From NCBI GenBank assembly GCA_965261395.1, contig OZ253462.1:1408001-1472000 (forward strand): a DNA stretch of 64,000 nucleotides, given 5' to 3'. The notes below the pieces were generated by a model. That model was given only the letters and a program-made list of their open reading frames with translations. It searched no databases and was not told where the DNA came from. The stretch's first letter is position 1. The number at the start of each line of letters is the position of its first letter. The DNA comes from Candidatus Latescibacterota bacterium (GTDB lineage Bacteria > Latescibacterota > UBA2968 > UBA8231). Positions 46,440 to 55,763 of this stretch are shown one piece after another. Position numbers and translations under genes: made by a program.

Positions 46440-49400
46440 ATGATCAAGCCACTTAGCCGCATGGGCACCTGGAGGACTTATTCCATAGACCATGGTCTTC
46501 CATCGCTGCGCATTGAACATGTCTCTGAGGATCACGAGGGTTATATCTGGTTTGCCACGTGGGACAACGGTGCCAGCCGCTTTGACGGAGATGAGTTCCA
46601 AAATTTCACGACACAGGACGGTCTTGTTCACGACCGGGTTTTCTTTGTTCAAAAGGATCGTCAGGAGCGGTTGTGGTTTGGGACACTAAAGGGGGTCTGC
46701 TGGTACGACGGAGCAGACTTCCACCACTTGGAAGACGACGGCATTGCGGGCCGTTCCGTGCAGTTCATCTACGAGGATTGTCAGGGCCGTATATGGTTCG
46801 GCGGCACCGGTACCTTGGGATATTACGACGGCACTGTTTTCCACGACTTAATTCCACGCTATCTCCAGCAGTACCAGCAGTCTCCTTCTCCTAAGTGGAA
46901 CAACTATTGTTGGGGCATCACCGAGGACCCGCAAGGCCACCTGTGGTTTGGCTTTGACCTCCTTACCCGCTTCGATGGCGAATCCTTCCACCGCTACAAC
47001 AAGGATGAGGGTTTTCCCCAAACCAAGGCCGGTTATGCCGTAGGCCAGGCCCCTACCGGCGAGGTGTGGATCAGTCGGATTGTGGGAGATAGATTCCGGG
47101 TCTATGTCGATGGCACCTTCCAGTCTGTTAAGGTCGGTTTGAATTGTCAGCTACGCCAAATTACGTGTGACCGAGAAGGTCGGATGTGGTTATGCGCTAT
47201 AGGTGGGGCATTCTACCAAGACGATGACGGATTCAGCCGATTTACCTCTGATGATGGCTTGCCCCATCCCGCCGTCAAAGCCGTGTTCCAGGATCGCGAG
47301 CATCAACTTTGGTTCGCCACGTGGGGCGGCGTCGGGCTGTACGATGCGCATAGTATCAACGTTTTCGGTCCTCCTCGTGCAAACGTAAATATAAACATGC
47401 GTGAAGTCTCGCAGATTGTGCAAGACCGGCAAGGTGATATATGGATCGGGTATGCGTCTCCCCTTATCATCCCTAAGGTCAAAAGCGTCGCCCGCTTCGA
47501 TGGCGAGCACTTTACATTTGTAGATGACGAAGAAGGCTCTGACATCGGCCACTGTTTTTCCATCTACGAGGACCTTGAGGGATACCTATGGTTCGGCGGC
47601 GGAAATGGTTTGTTCCGCTACGAAGGGCAGACGCTCAAAAAGAGGAAGATAGCGGCCGATTCAGACGAAGGGGGTGTCAGCAGCATTACTCAAGATAGGG
47701 AAGGAAGATTCATTTTCGGCTATTGGGAAAACTACACCCCAAGAGATAGAAACAAGCTTTTCACCGGCCCATTAAAAATCGTTTACCAGCAGGGTGAGCA
47801 GTTCCAAACCATTTTTACGGAGGACGACAAGAAAACACTTCGTAGCCGTATAGATACGGTGATTGCCACGAACAACAACGCAATCTATTTCCATTTGGCC
47901 AGTAGTGATGGCCCAGCGAGCGGCACTGGCTTCGCCCGCTGGCATCCTGAAGAGGGCCTTACATTGTATGGGGTTGAAGATGGGCTGACAGACAACGATG
48001 TCAACGACCTACTATTAGACCGCCATGACAACCTATGGATCGCCACGCGGGGCGGTCTCAGTTGCTTTGACGGCAGCACCTTCCGCACCTTCACGACCGA
48101 AGACGGGCTGCCGGGCAACCACATCCACTGTTTGTTTGAGGATGCGCGAGGACACCTCTGGATCGGTACCGACCGAGGTGTGGCTCAGTACGATGGTCTG
48201 CTTTTCCAGACCATCAAGTCACCCCATATAGGACCGGTTTGCCGCATACTTGAAGATCGCGACGGCACCTTCTGGTTGGGCACGGTCGTGGGTTCCATTA
48301 TACGCTACCGACCAAGGCAAACGCCGCCCCTGATTCGTCTGATTCGAGTTGTCACCGATCAGGTCTATGAGAACCTAGCGGAAGTCTGCTCCTCCACGGT
48401 GGGACAGCAAGTAGTTTTCGAGTACAAGGGCCTGAGTTTTTCCACCCATCCCCGCGACATGCTCTATGTGTACCGCTTGCAGGGATACGACCTCGACTGG
48501 TGTCCAGCGACCCGAGCGCTGCGGGCCTGTTATCAAGACCTGCCGCCGGGAGACTATACCTTTCAAGTTCGAGCGATAGATCGAGACCTCAATTACTCAG
48601 AAACGGCGCAGGCGCAACTTGCGGTAGAGCCTGACTTGGATATCGAAATCCTGTCTGCCGCGCTCAATGGGGGCAACGAATGGGTCGGACCGAGCAGGGC
48701 CTTGCGCCAGTTTCAAACCAAACTCACGGAGGTGGCATCCACCGATCTGGCCGTGCTGATCGGCCAGAGTGAGACCGTGCGCCAGTTTCAAACCAAACTC
48801 ATGGAGGTGGCCCCCACCGATCTGACCGTACTGATTCTAGGCGAAACGGGTGTGGGCAAGGGGTTGGCGGCGCGGGCGCTACACGCATTGAGTGCTCATT
48901 GCGATGGGCCTTTTATATATGTCAACTGTGGTGCCTTGTCCCAAGCGCAGGTCGATAGTGAACTCTTTGGTCACGCCAGCGCCGTTTCCCACAAGGTAGG
49001 CAAGGTGGAACAGGCTAAAGACGGTACCCTGTTTTTGGATGAAATCGGCGATATGACGTTGGAAACGCAGGACAAGATCCTGCGATTATTGGAAGAGCGC
49101 ACTTTTGAGCGCGTTGGCGGCAACCAGACGCGGACCGCGCCGACGCGCATGGTAGCGGCGACTAGTCGCGATCTGAAGAAGATGGTTCGTGCCGGTGATT
49201 TTCGCGAGGATCTGTATTTGCGCCTCCAGGTTTTTCCGCTTTATATCCCGCCCCTGCGCGAGCACAGGGAAGATATACCAGCCCTAGTCGAATTTTTCAA
49301 GAATCGTATGGCAGCATACCTGGGCCGGCAACCTGCCTCCTTGAATTCCGAGGTTATGGAAATGCTGCAAGCCTATCATTGGCCGGAGAATGTGCGGGAA

Positions 49401-49703
49401 CTGGAGCACTTCATACAGCGGGTAGTCATAGCGTGTAAGGGGTCGCAAATCGAAGCGGCTGACTTGGTGCAGTACGGTTTTGATATTGTAGACTCCGTTC
49501 CCGACCTTAAAGGAAGGGTGTTATCCGTTGCTCAAGACTCCGAAATAATGCCTCTCCTTGAATTTGAACGCCGCTATATTCTCGCAGTACTCAAAGCTAC
49601 CAACTGGCAGATAAAAGGGGGAAAAGGGGCGGCGGGTCTGCTGGGAGTGCCGGTTTCTACGCTGTATGGCAAAATGAAAAAGTTGGGTATCAAAAGTTCC
49701 TAG
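46440..49703 (+). CDS. Reg_prop/Y_Y_Y beta-propeller fused to a sigma54-activator-type AAA+ domain and Fis HTH (GAFTGA loop absent)
   Basis: Many FTTEDGLP...D..G.LW.GT blades, YVYRLQGYD...GDYTFQVRAID, GETGVGKG, LFLDEIGDM, FREDLY, WPENVRELE and HTH STLYGKMKKLGI. Confidence 0.9.
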   Translation: MIKPLSRMGTWRTYSIDHGLPSLRIEHVSEDHEGYIWFATWDNGASRFDGDEFQNFTTQDGLVHDRVFFVQKDRQERLWFGTLKGVCWYDGADFHHLEDDGIAGRSVQFIYEDCQGRIWFGGTGTLGYYDGTVFHDLIPRYLQQYQQSPSPKWNNYCWGITEDPQGHLWFGFDLLTRFDGESFHRYNKDEGFPQTKAGYAVGQAPTGEVWISRIVGDRFRVYVDGTFQSVKVGLNCQLRQITCDREGRMWLCAIGGAFYQDDDGFSRFTSDDGLPHPAVKAVFQDREHQLWFATWGGVGLYDAHSINVFGPPRANVNINMREVSQIVQDRQGDIWIGYASPLIIPKVKSVARFDGEHFTFVDDEEGSDIGHCFSIYEDLEGYLWFGGGNGLFRYEGQTLKKRKIAADSDEGGVSSITQDREGRFIFGYWENYTPRDRNKLFTGPLKIVYQQGEQFQTIFTEDDKKTLRSRIDTVIATNNNAIYFHLASSDGPASGTGFARWHPEEGLTLYGVEDGLTDNDVNDLLLDRHDNLWIATRGGLSCFDGSTFRTFTTEDGLPGNHIHCLFEDARGHLWIGTDRGVAQYDGLLFQTIKSPHIGPVCRILEDRDGTFWLGTVVGSIIRYRPRQTPPLIRLIRVVTDQVYENLAEVCSSTVGQQVVFEYKGLSFSTHPRDMLYVYRLQGYDLDWCPATRALRACYQDLPPGDYTFQVRAIDRDLNYSETAQAQLAVEPDLDIEILSAALNGGNEWVGPSRALRQFQTKLTEVASTDLAVLIGQSETVRQFQTKLMEVAPTDLTVLILGETGVGKGLAARALHALSAHCDGPFIYVNCGALSQAQVDSELFGHASAVSHKVGKVEQAKDGTLFLDEIGDMTLETQDKILRLLEERTFERVGGNQTRTAPTRMVAATSRDLKKMVRAGDFREDLYLRLQVFPLYIPPLREHREDIPALVEFFKNRMAAYLGRQPASLNSEVMEMLQAYHWPENVRELEHFIQRVVIACKGSQIEAADLVQYGFDIVDSVPDLKGRVLSVAQDSEIMPLLEFERRYILAVLKATNWQIKGGKGAAGLLGVPVSTLYGKMKKLGIKSS

Positions 49704-49736
49704 GCAGTATTTTGACGCTCTGCGCGTCGATACCAC

Positions 49737-49796
49737 TGTCATAGCTCAGACACATCCTGCTGTGAGGTCATATGTGAACGGTAATAACAGGGCAAG
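49737..49796. repeat. Right direct repeat bounding the island
   Basis: Matches 34652-34722. Confidence 0.85.
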
Positions 49797-49813
49797 GTGT
49801 GTTGCCGCACAGC

Positions 49814-51496
49814 TTAGCCTCGCGTCAATTGCCGATAGCGCACCCGCTGGGGCACGACCGAATCCTCGCCTAGCCGCGCCTTCTTGTTCTCTTCGTATTC
49901 CGAAAAGTTGCCCTCGAACCAATAGACTTGGCTGTCGCCCTCAAACGCCAGAGTGTGCGTGGCGATGCGGTCCAAAAACCACCGGTCGTGGCTGATGACC
50001 ACCACGCAGCCGGCGAAGTTTTCCAACCCCTCCTCCAGTGCTCGCAGCGTATGCACGTCTAGGTCGTTGGTCGGCTCGTCGAGCAGGAACACATTGGCCT
50101 GCTCCTTGAGCACCTTGGCCAGATGCACCCGATTGCGCTGCCCGCCCGAGAGCGTGCCAACCTTTTGCTGCTGGTCGGCACCAAGGAAGTTGAAGCGCGC
50201 GAGGTACGCCCGCGAATTTACCTTGCGCTCGCCCAGCTCAAGCTCTTCCTCGCCGCCCGAGACCTCCTGCCAGACCGTGTTTTCCCCCACCAAGGTCTCC
50301 CGGCTCTGATCTACATACCCCAGTTGCACGGTCTCGCCGATGTGGAGCTGGCCGCTGTCGGCGCGCTCTTGGCCGGTAATCAGCCGGAACAGGGTCGTCT
50401 TGCCCGCGCCGTTGGGCCCGATGACCCCGACGATCCCGCCCGAGGGCAGCGCGAAATCCATGTTCTCGAAGATGATGCGATCATCGTAGCGCTTGCTCAC
50501 GCCCTTGGCCTCAATGGCGATATCGCCCAGCCGCGGCCCCGGAGGAATGTAGAGCTGCACCGCCTCGTTCCGCCGCACTCGGTCTTGGTTTAGCAATTCC
50601 TCGTAGGCCCTGATCCTGGCCTTGCTCTTCTGCTGCTTGGCCCTCGGCGTCATGCGAATCCACTCCAGCTCGTGCTCCAGCGTCCGCTGTCTTTCGCTCT
50701 CGCTCTTTTCTTCCAGCCGCAGGCGCTCCGTCTTCTGCTCTAGCCACGACGAGTAGTTCCCTTTCCACGGCACGCCGCGGCCTTGGTCCAGTTCCAGAAT
50801 CCAGCCCGCCACATTGTCGAGAAAATACCGGTCGTGGGTGACGGCGATCACCGTCCCCTGGTACTGATGCAAATGCCCCTCCAGCCACGCCACTGTCTCG
50901 GCGTCGAGATGGTTGGTCGGCTCGTCTAGCAGCAGAATATCCGGCCGGCGGAGCAACAGCCGGCACAGGGCTACCCGCCGCCGCTCGCCGCCCGACAGCG
51001 TGGAGACCTCTTGATCTTCGGGCGGACAGCGCAGCGCATCCATCGCCATGTCCAGCCGACTGTCCAAATCCCAGGCCCCGACCGCGTCGAGCTGTTCGGC
51101 CACAGTGGCCTGCCGCTCGATCAGGGCGTTCATGGCGTCGTCGTCCATGGGTTCGGCGAACTGGGCGTTGATGCCCTCGTACTCGCGCAGCAAATCCACC
51201 GTCTCCTGCACGCCCTCCTCGACGATCTCCTTGACCGTTCTCCCCTTCTCTAGCTCGGGCTCCTGCTCCAGGTACCCCACGGTAAACCCCGGCTGTACCT
51301 GAATGGTCCCCTCGTGTTCCTCGTCTATGCCGGCCATAATCCGCAACAAGGTGCTCTTCCCCGACCCATTCAAGCCCAACACCCCGATCTTGGCCCCGTA
51401 GAAGTACGACAGTGAAATATCTGCGAGAATCACCTTCTGGTTGTAGTGCTTGCTCACCTTGTACATCGAATAGATGATTTTTTCCGCTTCGCTCAT
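49814..51496 (-). CDS. ettA: Energy-dependent translational throttle protein (ABC-F)
   Basis: IYSMYKVSK, ISLSYFYGAKIGVLGLNGSGKSTLLRIMAG, two ABC domains, ELEWIR and IPPGPRLG. Confidence 0.95.
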   Translation of the reverse strand: MSEAEKIIYSMYKVSKHYNQKVILADISLSYFYGAKIGVLGLNGSGKSTLLRIMAGIDEEHEGTIQVQPGFTVGYLEQEPELEKGRTVKEIVEEGVQETVDLLREYEGINAQFAEPMDDDAMNALIERQATVAEQLDAVGAWDLDSRLDMAMDALRCPPEDQEVSTLSGGERRRVALCRLLLRRPDILLLDEPTNHLDAETVAWLEGHLHQYQGTVIAVTHDRYFLDNVAGWILELDQGRGVPWKGNYSSWLEQKTERLRLEEKSESERQRTLEHELEWIRMTPRAKQQKSKARIRAYEELLNQDRVRRNEAVQLYIPPGPRLGDIAIEAKGVSKRYDDRIIFENMDFALPSGGIVGVIGPNGAGKTTLFRLITGQERADSGQLHIGETVQLGYVDQSRETLVGENTVWQEVSGGEEELELGERKVNSRAYLARFNFLGADQQQKVGTLSGGQRNRVHLAKVLKEQANVFLLDEPTNDLDVHTLRALEEGLENFAGCVVVISHDRWFLDRIATHTLAFEGDSQVYWFEGNFSEYEENKKARLGEDSVVPQRVRYRQLTRG

Positions 51497-51500
51497 CAGC

Positions 51501-52439
51501 TCAGTCCTTTATGTGTTTATACGCTGCAAATACAATGCTCAAATCTCGTTCCGCTCGCGCCAAGTCCGAATACGGCTGCCGCCCCGGCTCCTGCAAACAC
51601 TGCAAGAAGTCCCGCATCATGCCCCCATAGCCCATCAAGTCCCCCACGCCCGGAAAGTAGAGCCGCTTCCGCCGCCCTCGCAACCGCGCGTATAGCCCAT
51701 TGCACTCGAAGACGATCCGCCCTTCGGTCCCCACAATCCGCGCGTGCTGAAAGGTGCCCTTGGTCAAGCTGAAGGCGTTCCAAGCATAGCGCAACACCAG
51801 CTTGGCCCCTGATGCGTATTCGACCCGCACTATCGAGTTCCGCTCTGGCTCGCCCGCTCGGTGCCCGGGAAATTCTGCCGTCACTTGCCGGGGCGCGTCG
51901 GCGAACAGGTCCGCTCCGAGGGCCACGAAATGGATCCCGCCCTCCAGCAGCGCGCCATAGCCGCTTTTCCAGCCCGCAGCCTGCTGGGTAAAGCGCTTGC
52001 CAAGGGCCGCTTGCTGCACTTGGCCGATAAAACCCTGCCGGATGATCCACTTGAGCAGCTTGAGCAAGGGCTTGTAGTAGTAGTTTTCCGCGATCATTAG
52101 CAGTGCGTCTGGATGGGCTGCCGCGGCCGCGCCAATGGCTGCCAAATCGTCTTCGGTGGCGCACAACGGCTTTTCCACCAGCACGCCCTTGTCGGCGGTC
52201 AATGCTGCGACGACTTGCGGCCGATGGGCATCCGGCGGCGAGCTGATCAGCACCGCATCTACCGCGCTGTCGAGGACTTCGGCGTACGATGCGAAGACCT
52301 GCCCCCCTCCGCATTGGCGGCTGAGGGCTTTGGCGCTAGCCTGCGTGCGGCTGTGAAAGGACAGCTCGACCTTGCCGACGAGGTTTTTCGCGTGCAGGCG
52401 ACCGATGGTGCCGCACCCTACCAGACAGACCTTCTTCAT
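51501..52439 (-). CDS. Gfo/Idh/MocA oxidoreductase
   Basis: VGCGTIG, VLVEKP and GALLEGGIH; ATG at 52439 overlaps the GMC stop. Confidence 0.9.
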   Translation of the reverse strand: MKKVCLVGCGTIGRLHAKNLVGKVELSFHSRTQASAKALSRQCGGGQVFASYAEVLDSAVDAVLISSPPDAHRPQVVAALTADKGVLVEKPLCATEDDLAAIGAAAAAHPDALLMIAENYYYKPLLKLLKWIIRQGFIGQVQQAALGKRFTQQAAGWKSGYGALLEGGIHFVALGADLFADAPRQVTAEFPGHRAGEPERNSIVRVEYASGAKLVLRYAWNAFSLTKGTFQHARIVGTEGRIVFECNGLYARLRGRRKRLYFPGVGDLMGYGGMMRDFLQCLQEPGRQPYSDLARAERDLSIVFAAYKHIKD

Positions 52440-53923
52440 CGCTTTGCTAGAATTCGCTCGGCGACCCGCAGTGCGTTGGCCGCGATCGTCAAACTCGGAT
52501 TTACCCCGCCCGAAGACGGCATGAAGCTGCCGTCGGACACGTAGAGATTGTCGCTGCCCCAATAGCGGCAATCCAGGTCGAGTACGCCTTCCTCGGGTGT
52601 GGTGGCGCAGCGCAGGGTACCTATGGCGTGCGAGAAGGAATCGATCAAGTGGCGGTAGCGCAGCAGGCCGCCCGCTTGGCGCAATACAGCCCCTGCTTGG
52701 GCCAGCAGGTAATCGCGGCGGCGACAGTCGGCGCTGCTATAGGCGTGCTCTACCTGCACCAGTTCCATGCCGAAGATGTCCTGCTCGCTGGCCAACGACA
52801 CGCGGTTTTCGCGGTGCGGATCGTCCTCGGCAATGCAGAGCAGGTTCTGCATATAGCCAGTCAGCAGCCCGACGAGGGTCTTGAAGCCCCAAGGGGCGTG
52901 GTGCCGGATGATGGGGGGAGCCGGCGTGTAGATGTCTTGGATGACGCCCACGGCCGTGCCCAATTCCGCGCGCAGGTCTTCGTAAAAATCGGAAAAGCAG
53001 AGTTGTTTGTGGAAGACCTGTTGCGGATTGGTGCGAAAGGGAAAGATGCAATTGGCAATCCCGTTGCAATGGCGCATGAGAAAGCGCCCAATCAGGGGGT
53101 GGTCGAATCCAGAGCGAAGCATCAGGGCCGGGCTGTTGAGCGCCCCAGCGGCCAAGACCACTAAGTCGGCCGAGAGCGCGTGAGTTTGCCGGGATGCGCT
53201 GTCCACGTATTCGACCTGTTCGACGCGCCCGCCCCGTTGCACCAGCCGCCGCGCCACCGCGCCGACGATGATCTCCAGTCCGGCTGCCGAGGCCGTGGCC
53301 AGCAAGGTGGAAGCCACGTCGTTTTTGGCCTCCACCTTGCAGGGAAACCCGTCGCAGGTGATGCAGCGCAGGCAGAGGGGCCGGGTGCGGTCGGAAAAGT
53401 TGATCGCCAGCGGGATCTTGAACGGCTGAAACCCTAGGGCCGTCCCCGCTTGGTAAATGCGCTGGGCCGGCGCGCTCAGCTCAATGGCGCGACGCGGATA
53501 GGCCTCCAACCCTGGAGGCTGGTAGGGATCGGTACCCGCCTCGCCGTGTACTTCGAGGAGCTGCTCGGCGCGGGCGTAGTACGGCGCTAGGTCTGCGTAG
53601 GACAAGGGCCAGCGGGCAAAATCCGCCGGTCGCAACCGCAGCGACGCCCCGCCGTAAAAGACCGAGTTGCCGCCGACGACCTCGTTGGGATAGGTGCGCT
53701 GGAAGGTGCGGCGTCCGTATTGCTTGACCAAAAGGGGCGAGGCCGCGCGGTAGCGCTTTTGCAGCAGGATGGTGCGCTGATCCCAGTCCGCGTCGTCGCG
53801 CTTGGCCCATTGGCCCCGCTCCAGCAGCGCGGTCTTTAGCCCGGCTTGGACCAGCGCATGGGCCACCAGCGAGCCGCCGAACCCGGAGCCGATGACCACG
53901 GCGTCATAGTGCGCCGCGTTCAT
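52436..53923 (-). CDS. GMC family FAD oxidoreductase
   Basis: IGSGFGG, VGGNSVFY, CxxCxxC (CLRCITCDGFPC), HAIGT and GVNPSLTI.ANALR. Confidence 0.92.
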   Translation of the reverse strand: MNAAHYDAVVIGSGFGGSLVAHALVQAGLKTALLERGQWAKRDDADWDQRTILLQKRYRAASPLLVKQYGRRTFQRTYPNEVVGGNSVFYGGASLRLRPADFARWPLSYADLAPYYARAEQLLEVHGEAGTDPYQPPGLEAYPRRAIELSAPAQRIYQAGTALGFQPFKIPLAINFSDRTRPLCLRCITCDGFPCKVEAKNDVASTLLATASAAGLEIIVGAVARRLVQRGGRVEQVEYVDSASRQTHALSADLVVLAAGALNSPALMLRSGFDHPLIGRFLMRHCNGIANCIFPFRTNPQQVFHKQLCFSDFYEDLRAELGTAVGVIQDIYTPAPPIIRHHAPWGFKTLVGLLTGYMQNLLCIAEDDPHRENRVSLASEQDIFGMELVQVEHAYSSADCRRRDYLLAQAGAVLRQAGGLLRYRHLIDSFSHAIGTLRCATTPEEGVLDLDCRYWGSDNLYVSDGSFMPSSGGVNPSLTIAANALRVAERILAKR

Positions 53924-54704
53924 GGGCGTAGAGCGCGGCCAGCCCGGCGATAATCGCCAAGGCCGCGTAGTGGAACCTTTCGCGGGTGTCCAATTCGCGC
54001 TGGATTCTGGGTAGGTTGGGTTGGAATTTGCCGGACATATTGCGCTGGATGTAGGTCTTGTAGTACTCGACGGTAAATCGCTCTAGCCCGCCGTTCATGT
54101 AGATGAGAAAACCCAGCCCGACCGGGTGTTCGGGGCTGCCGAGAAAGTAAAACAGCGGACTCAAGGCGGCCAAGACGACCCCAGAGCGCTGGAATTTGAG
54201 CCACTTGAACCCTTCGAAGGGCGCGTCCTTATAAGCACCCCCCAAGGCCACCAGCAACCCGGTGCAATACCCGGTCACCAGATAGCCCCAGAAGCTTTTG
54301 ATGGGCGCGGCGACGAGCAGGAAGGCGAAGACAATGGCGACGATTAGGCCCCCCGCGCCGTAGCGGAGGAGGTCGCTGGTGACCGGGCGGCCAAAGAAGG
54401 TAATGCGCGAGGGAACGAAGTATTTTTGCTGGTCTTCGGTGCGGAAGAAGCCCTTGTAGATTTCGGCGAGGAAGCGCTCTAGGCCCATGATTAGGAAGAA
54501 CATTTGCACGAGGCCGAGCTGCTGGAATTGCGCGCTGAAGTACGGGATGAAGTACAGCGGCAAAAAGATCGCGACGTGGAAGTAGATGCTGCGCGGAAAG
54601 GTCTTGAGCTTGAAGCCTTCATAAGGCGCGTCTTTGAACGCGCCCCACAGGCAGGTGTAGAGGCCGGAGACGAGGGCGGTGATAAACGAAAGGGCGAAGG
54701 TCAT
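53904..54704 (-). CDS. Integral membrane protein with an internal duplication (unknown function)
   Basis: Two repeats of GA(F/Y)KDAP(Y/F)EGFK...RS...GLERF..E.YK; multiple TM segments. Confidence 0.75.
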   Translation of the reverse strand: MTFALSFITALVSGLYTCLWGAFKDAPYEGFKLKTFPRSIYFHVAIFLPLYFIPYFSAQFQQLGLVQMFFLIMGLERFLAEIYKGFFRTEDQQKYFVPSRITFFGRPVTSDLLRYGAGGLIVAIVFAFLLVAAPIKSFWGYLVTGYCTGLLVALGGAYKDAPFEGFKWLKFQRSGVVLAALSPLFYFLGSPEHPVGLGFLIYMNGGLERFTVEYYKTYIQRNMSGKFQPNLPRIQRELDTRERFHYAALAIIAGLAALYAHERGAL

Positions 54705-54864
54705 GATTCGTTGGGCGGTGGGTGGAGTGGCCAAAACATCAAATAGTAGGCTCCCCACCCCGATTGGGCAAACGCCCCGCGTGTTGACGTTGCTTATACC
54801 TTTGGTCAGTTTTTGAAGGCGATTCGACCACGGTCCACTACAATTTCAACAAGGAGCTTTTCCC

Positions 54865-55728
54865 ATGCGACTCGGCGTCTGCGGCATGTTGCCCCCGAAC
54901 TTTCGCGAAATCAGCGACCAACACCTAGCGGCGATCAAGGCGCTCAACCTCACGGGCACGGCCTTTCACGCCCCTGGGGAAAATCTGGCTGCCATCACCG
55001 CCGCAGAGTGCCACAAGGTGCGCGATACCATTGCGGCCGCGGGCATGGATCTGCCCCAGTTCGGCATTGGCTTTGCCGAGTGCCTGTTTGATCCCAGCCC
55101 TGCGGTGCGCGACCAAGTTGTCGGCAAGATCGAGCGCGGCATTGAAGTCGCCCGCGACTTGGCTGCCCACACCTGCCTAATCCGCACGGGCAGCCTCAAC
55201 CCAGCCGGTTCGTACTCGCCGTCGCCGCTCAATCTCACGCCCGAGGCCCGCGCCCTGCTCGTCGAAACCCTCCAGCGCATCGCCGCCAAAGCCGAGTCCG
55301 AAGCCGTCACCATAGTCATTGAGACGCATCTGCTGACCATCATGGGATCGCCGGAAGCAAACCGCGACGTGCTGCAAGAGGTTGGCTCCGAGCGCATGAC
55401 CGTGGTCATGGATTACGTCAACCATTTCCAGAATTTGCACCAAGTGTACAACAGCACCGAGCGCTTGCAGCACATATTTGAAATTATGAACCCCATCTCC
55501 GTCGTCGGGCATTGCAAGGATATCAAGCTGTCCAGCGGCTTGGTGCTCCACATTGACGAGGAGATACCCGGCGACGGCGAACTCGACCTTGCCACCGCGC
55601 TCAAGCTGTGGCACGACGCCCATCCCGACGGCTATATGCTCCTCGAACACCTGCCCAACGAGAAATACCCCCGAGCCGCCGCCAATGTCCACCGCATCCT
55701 TGCCGCAGCCGGCATTCCCGTGCATTAA
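54865..55728 (+). CDS. Sugar phosphate isomerase/epimerase (AP endonuclease 2 TIM barrel)
   Basis: VIETH, MDYVN, HCKD, PGDGELD and LLEH metal motifs. Confidence 0.85.
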   Translation: MRLGVCGMLPPNFREISDQHLAAIKALNLTGTAFHAPGENLAAITAAECHKVRDTIAAAGMDLPQFGIGFAECLFDPSPAVRDQVVGKIERGIEVARDLAAHTCLIRTGSLNPAGSYSPSPLNLTPEARALLVETLQRIAAKAESEAVTIVIETHLLTIMGSPEANRDVLQEVGSERMTVVMDYVNHFQNLHQVYNSTERLQHIFEIMNPISVVGHCKDIKLSSGLVLHIDEEIPGDGELDLATALKLWHDAHPDGYMLLEHLPNEKYPRAAANVHRILAAAGIPVH

Positions 55729-55763
55729 ACGAACATCTATTACATCTAACCAAGGAGAATATT

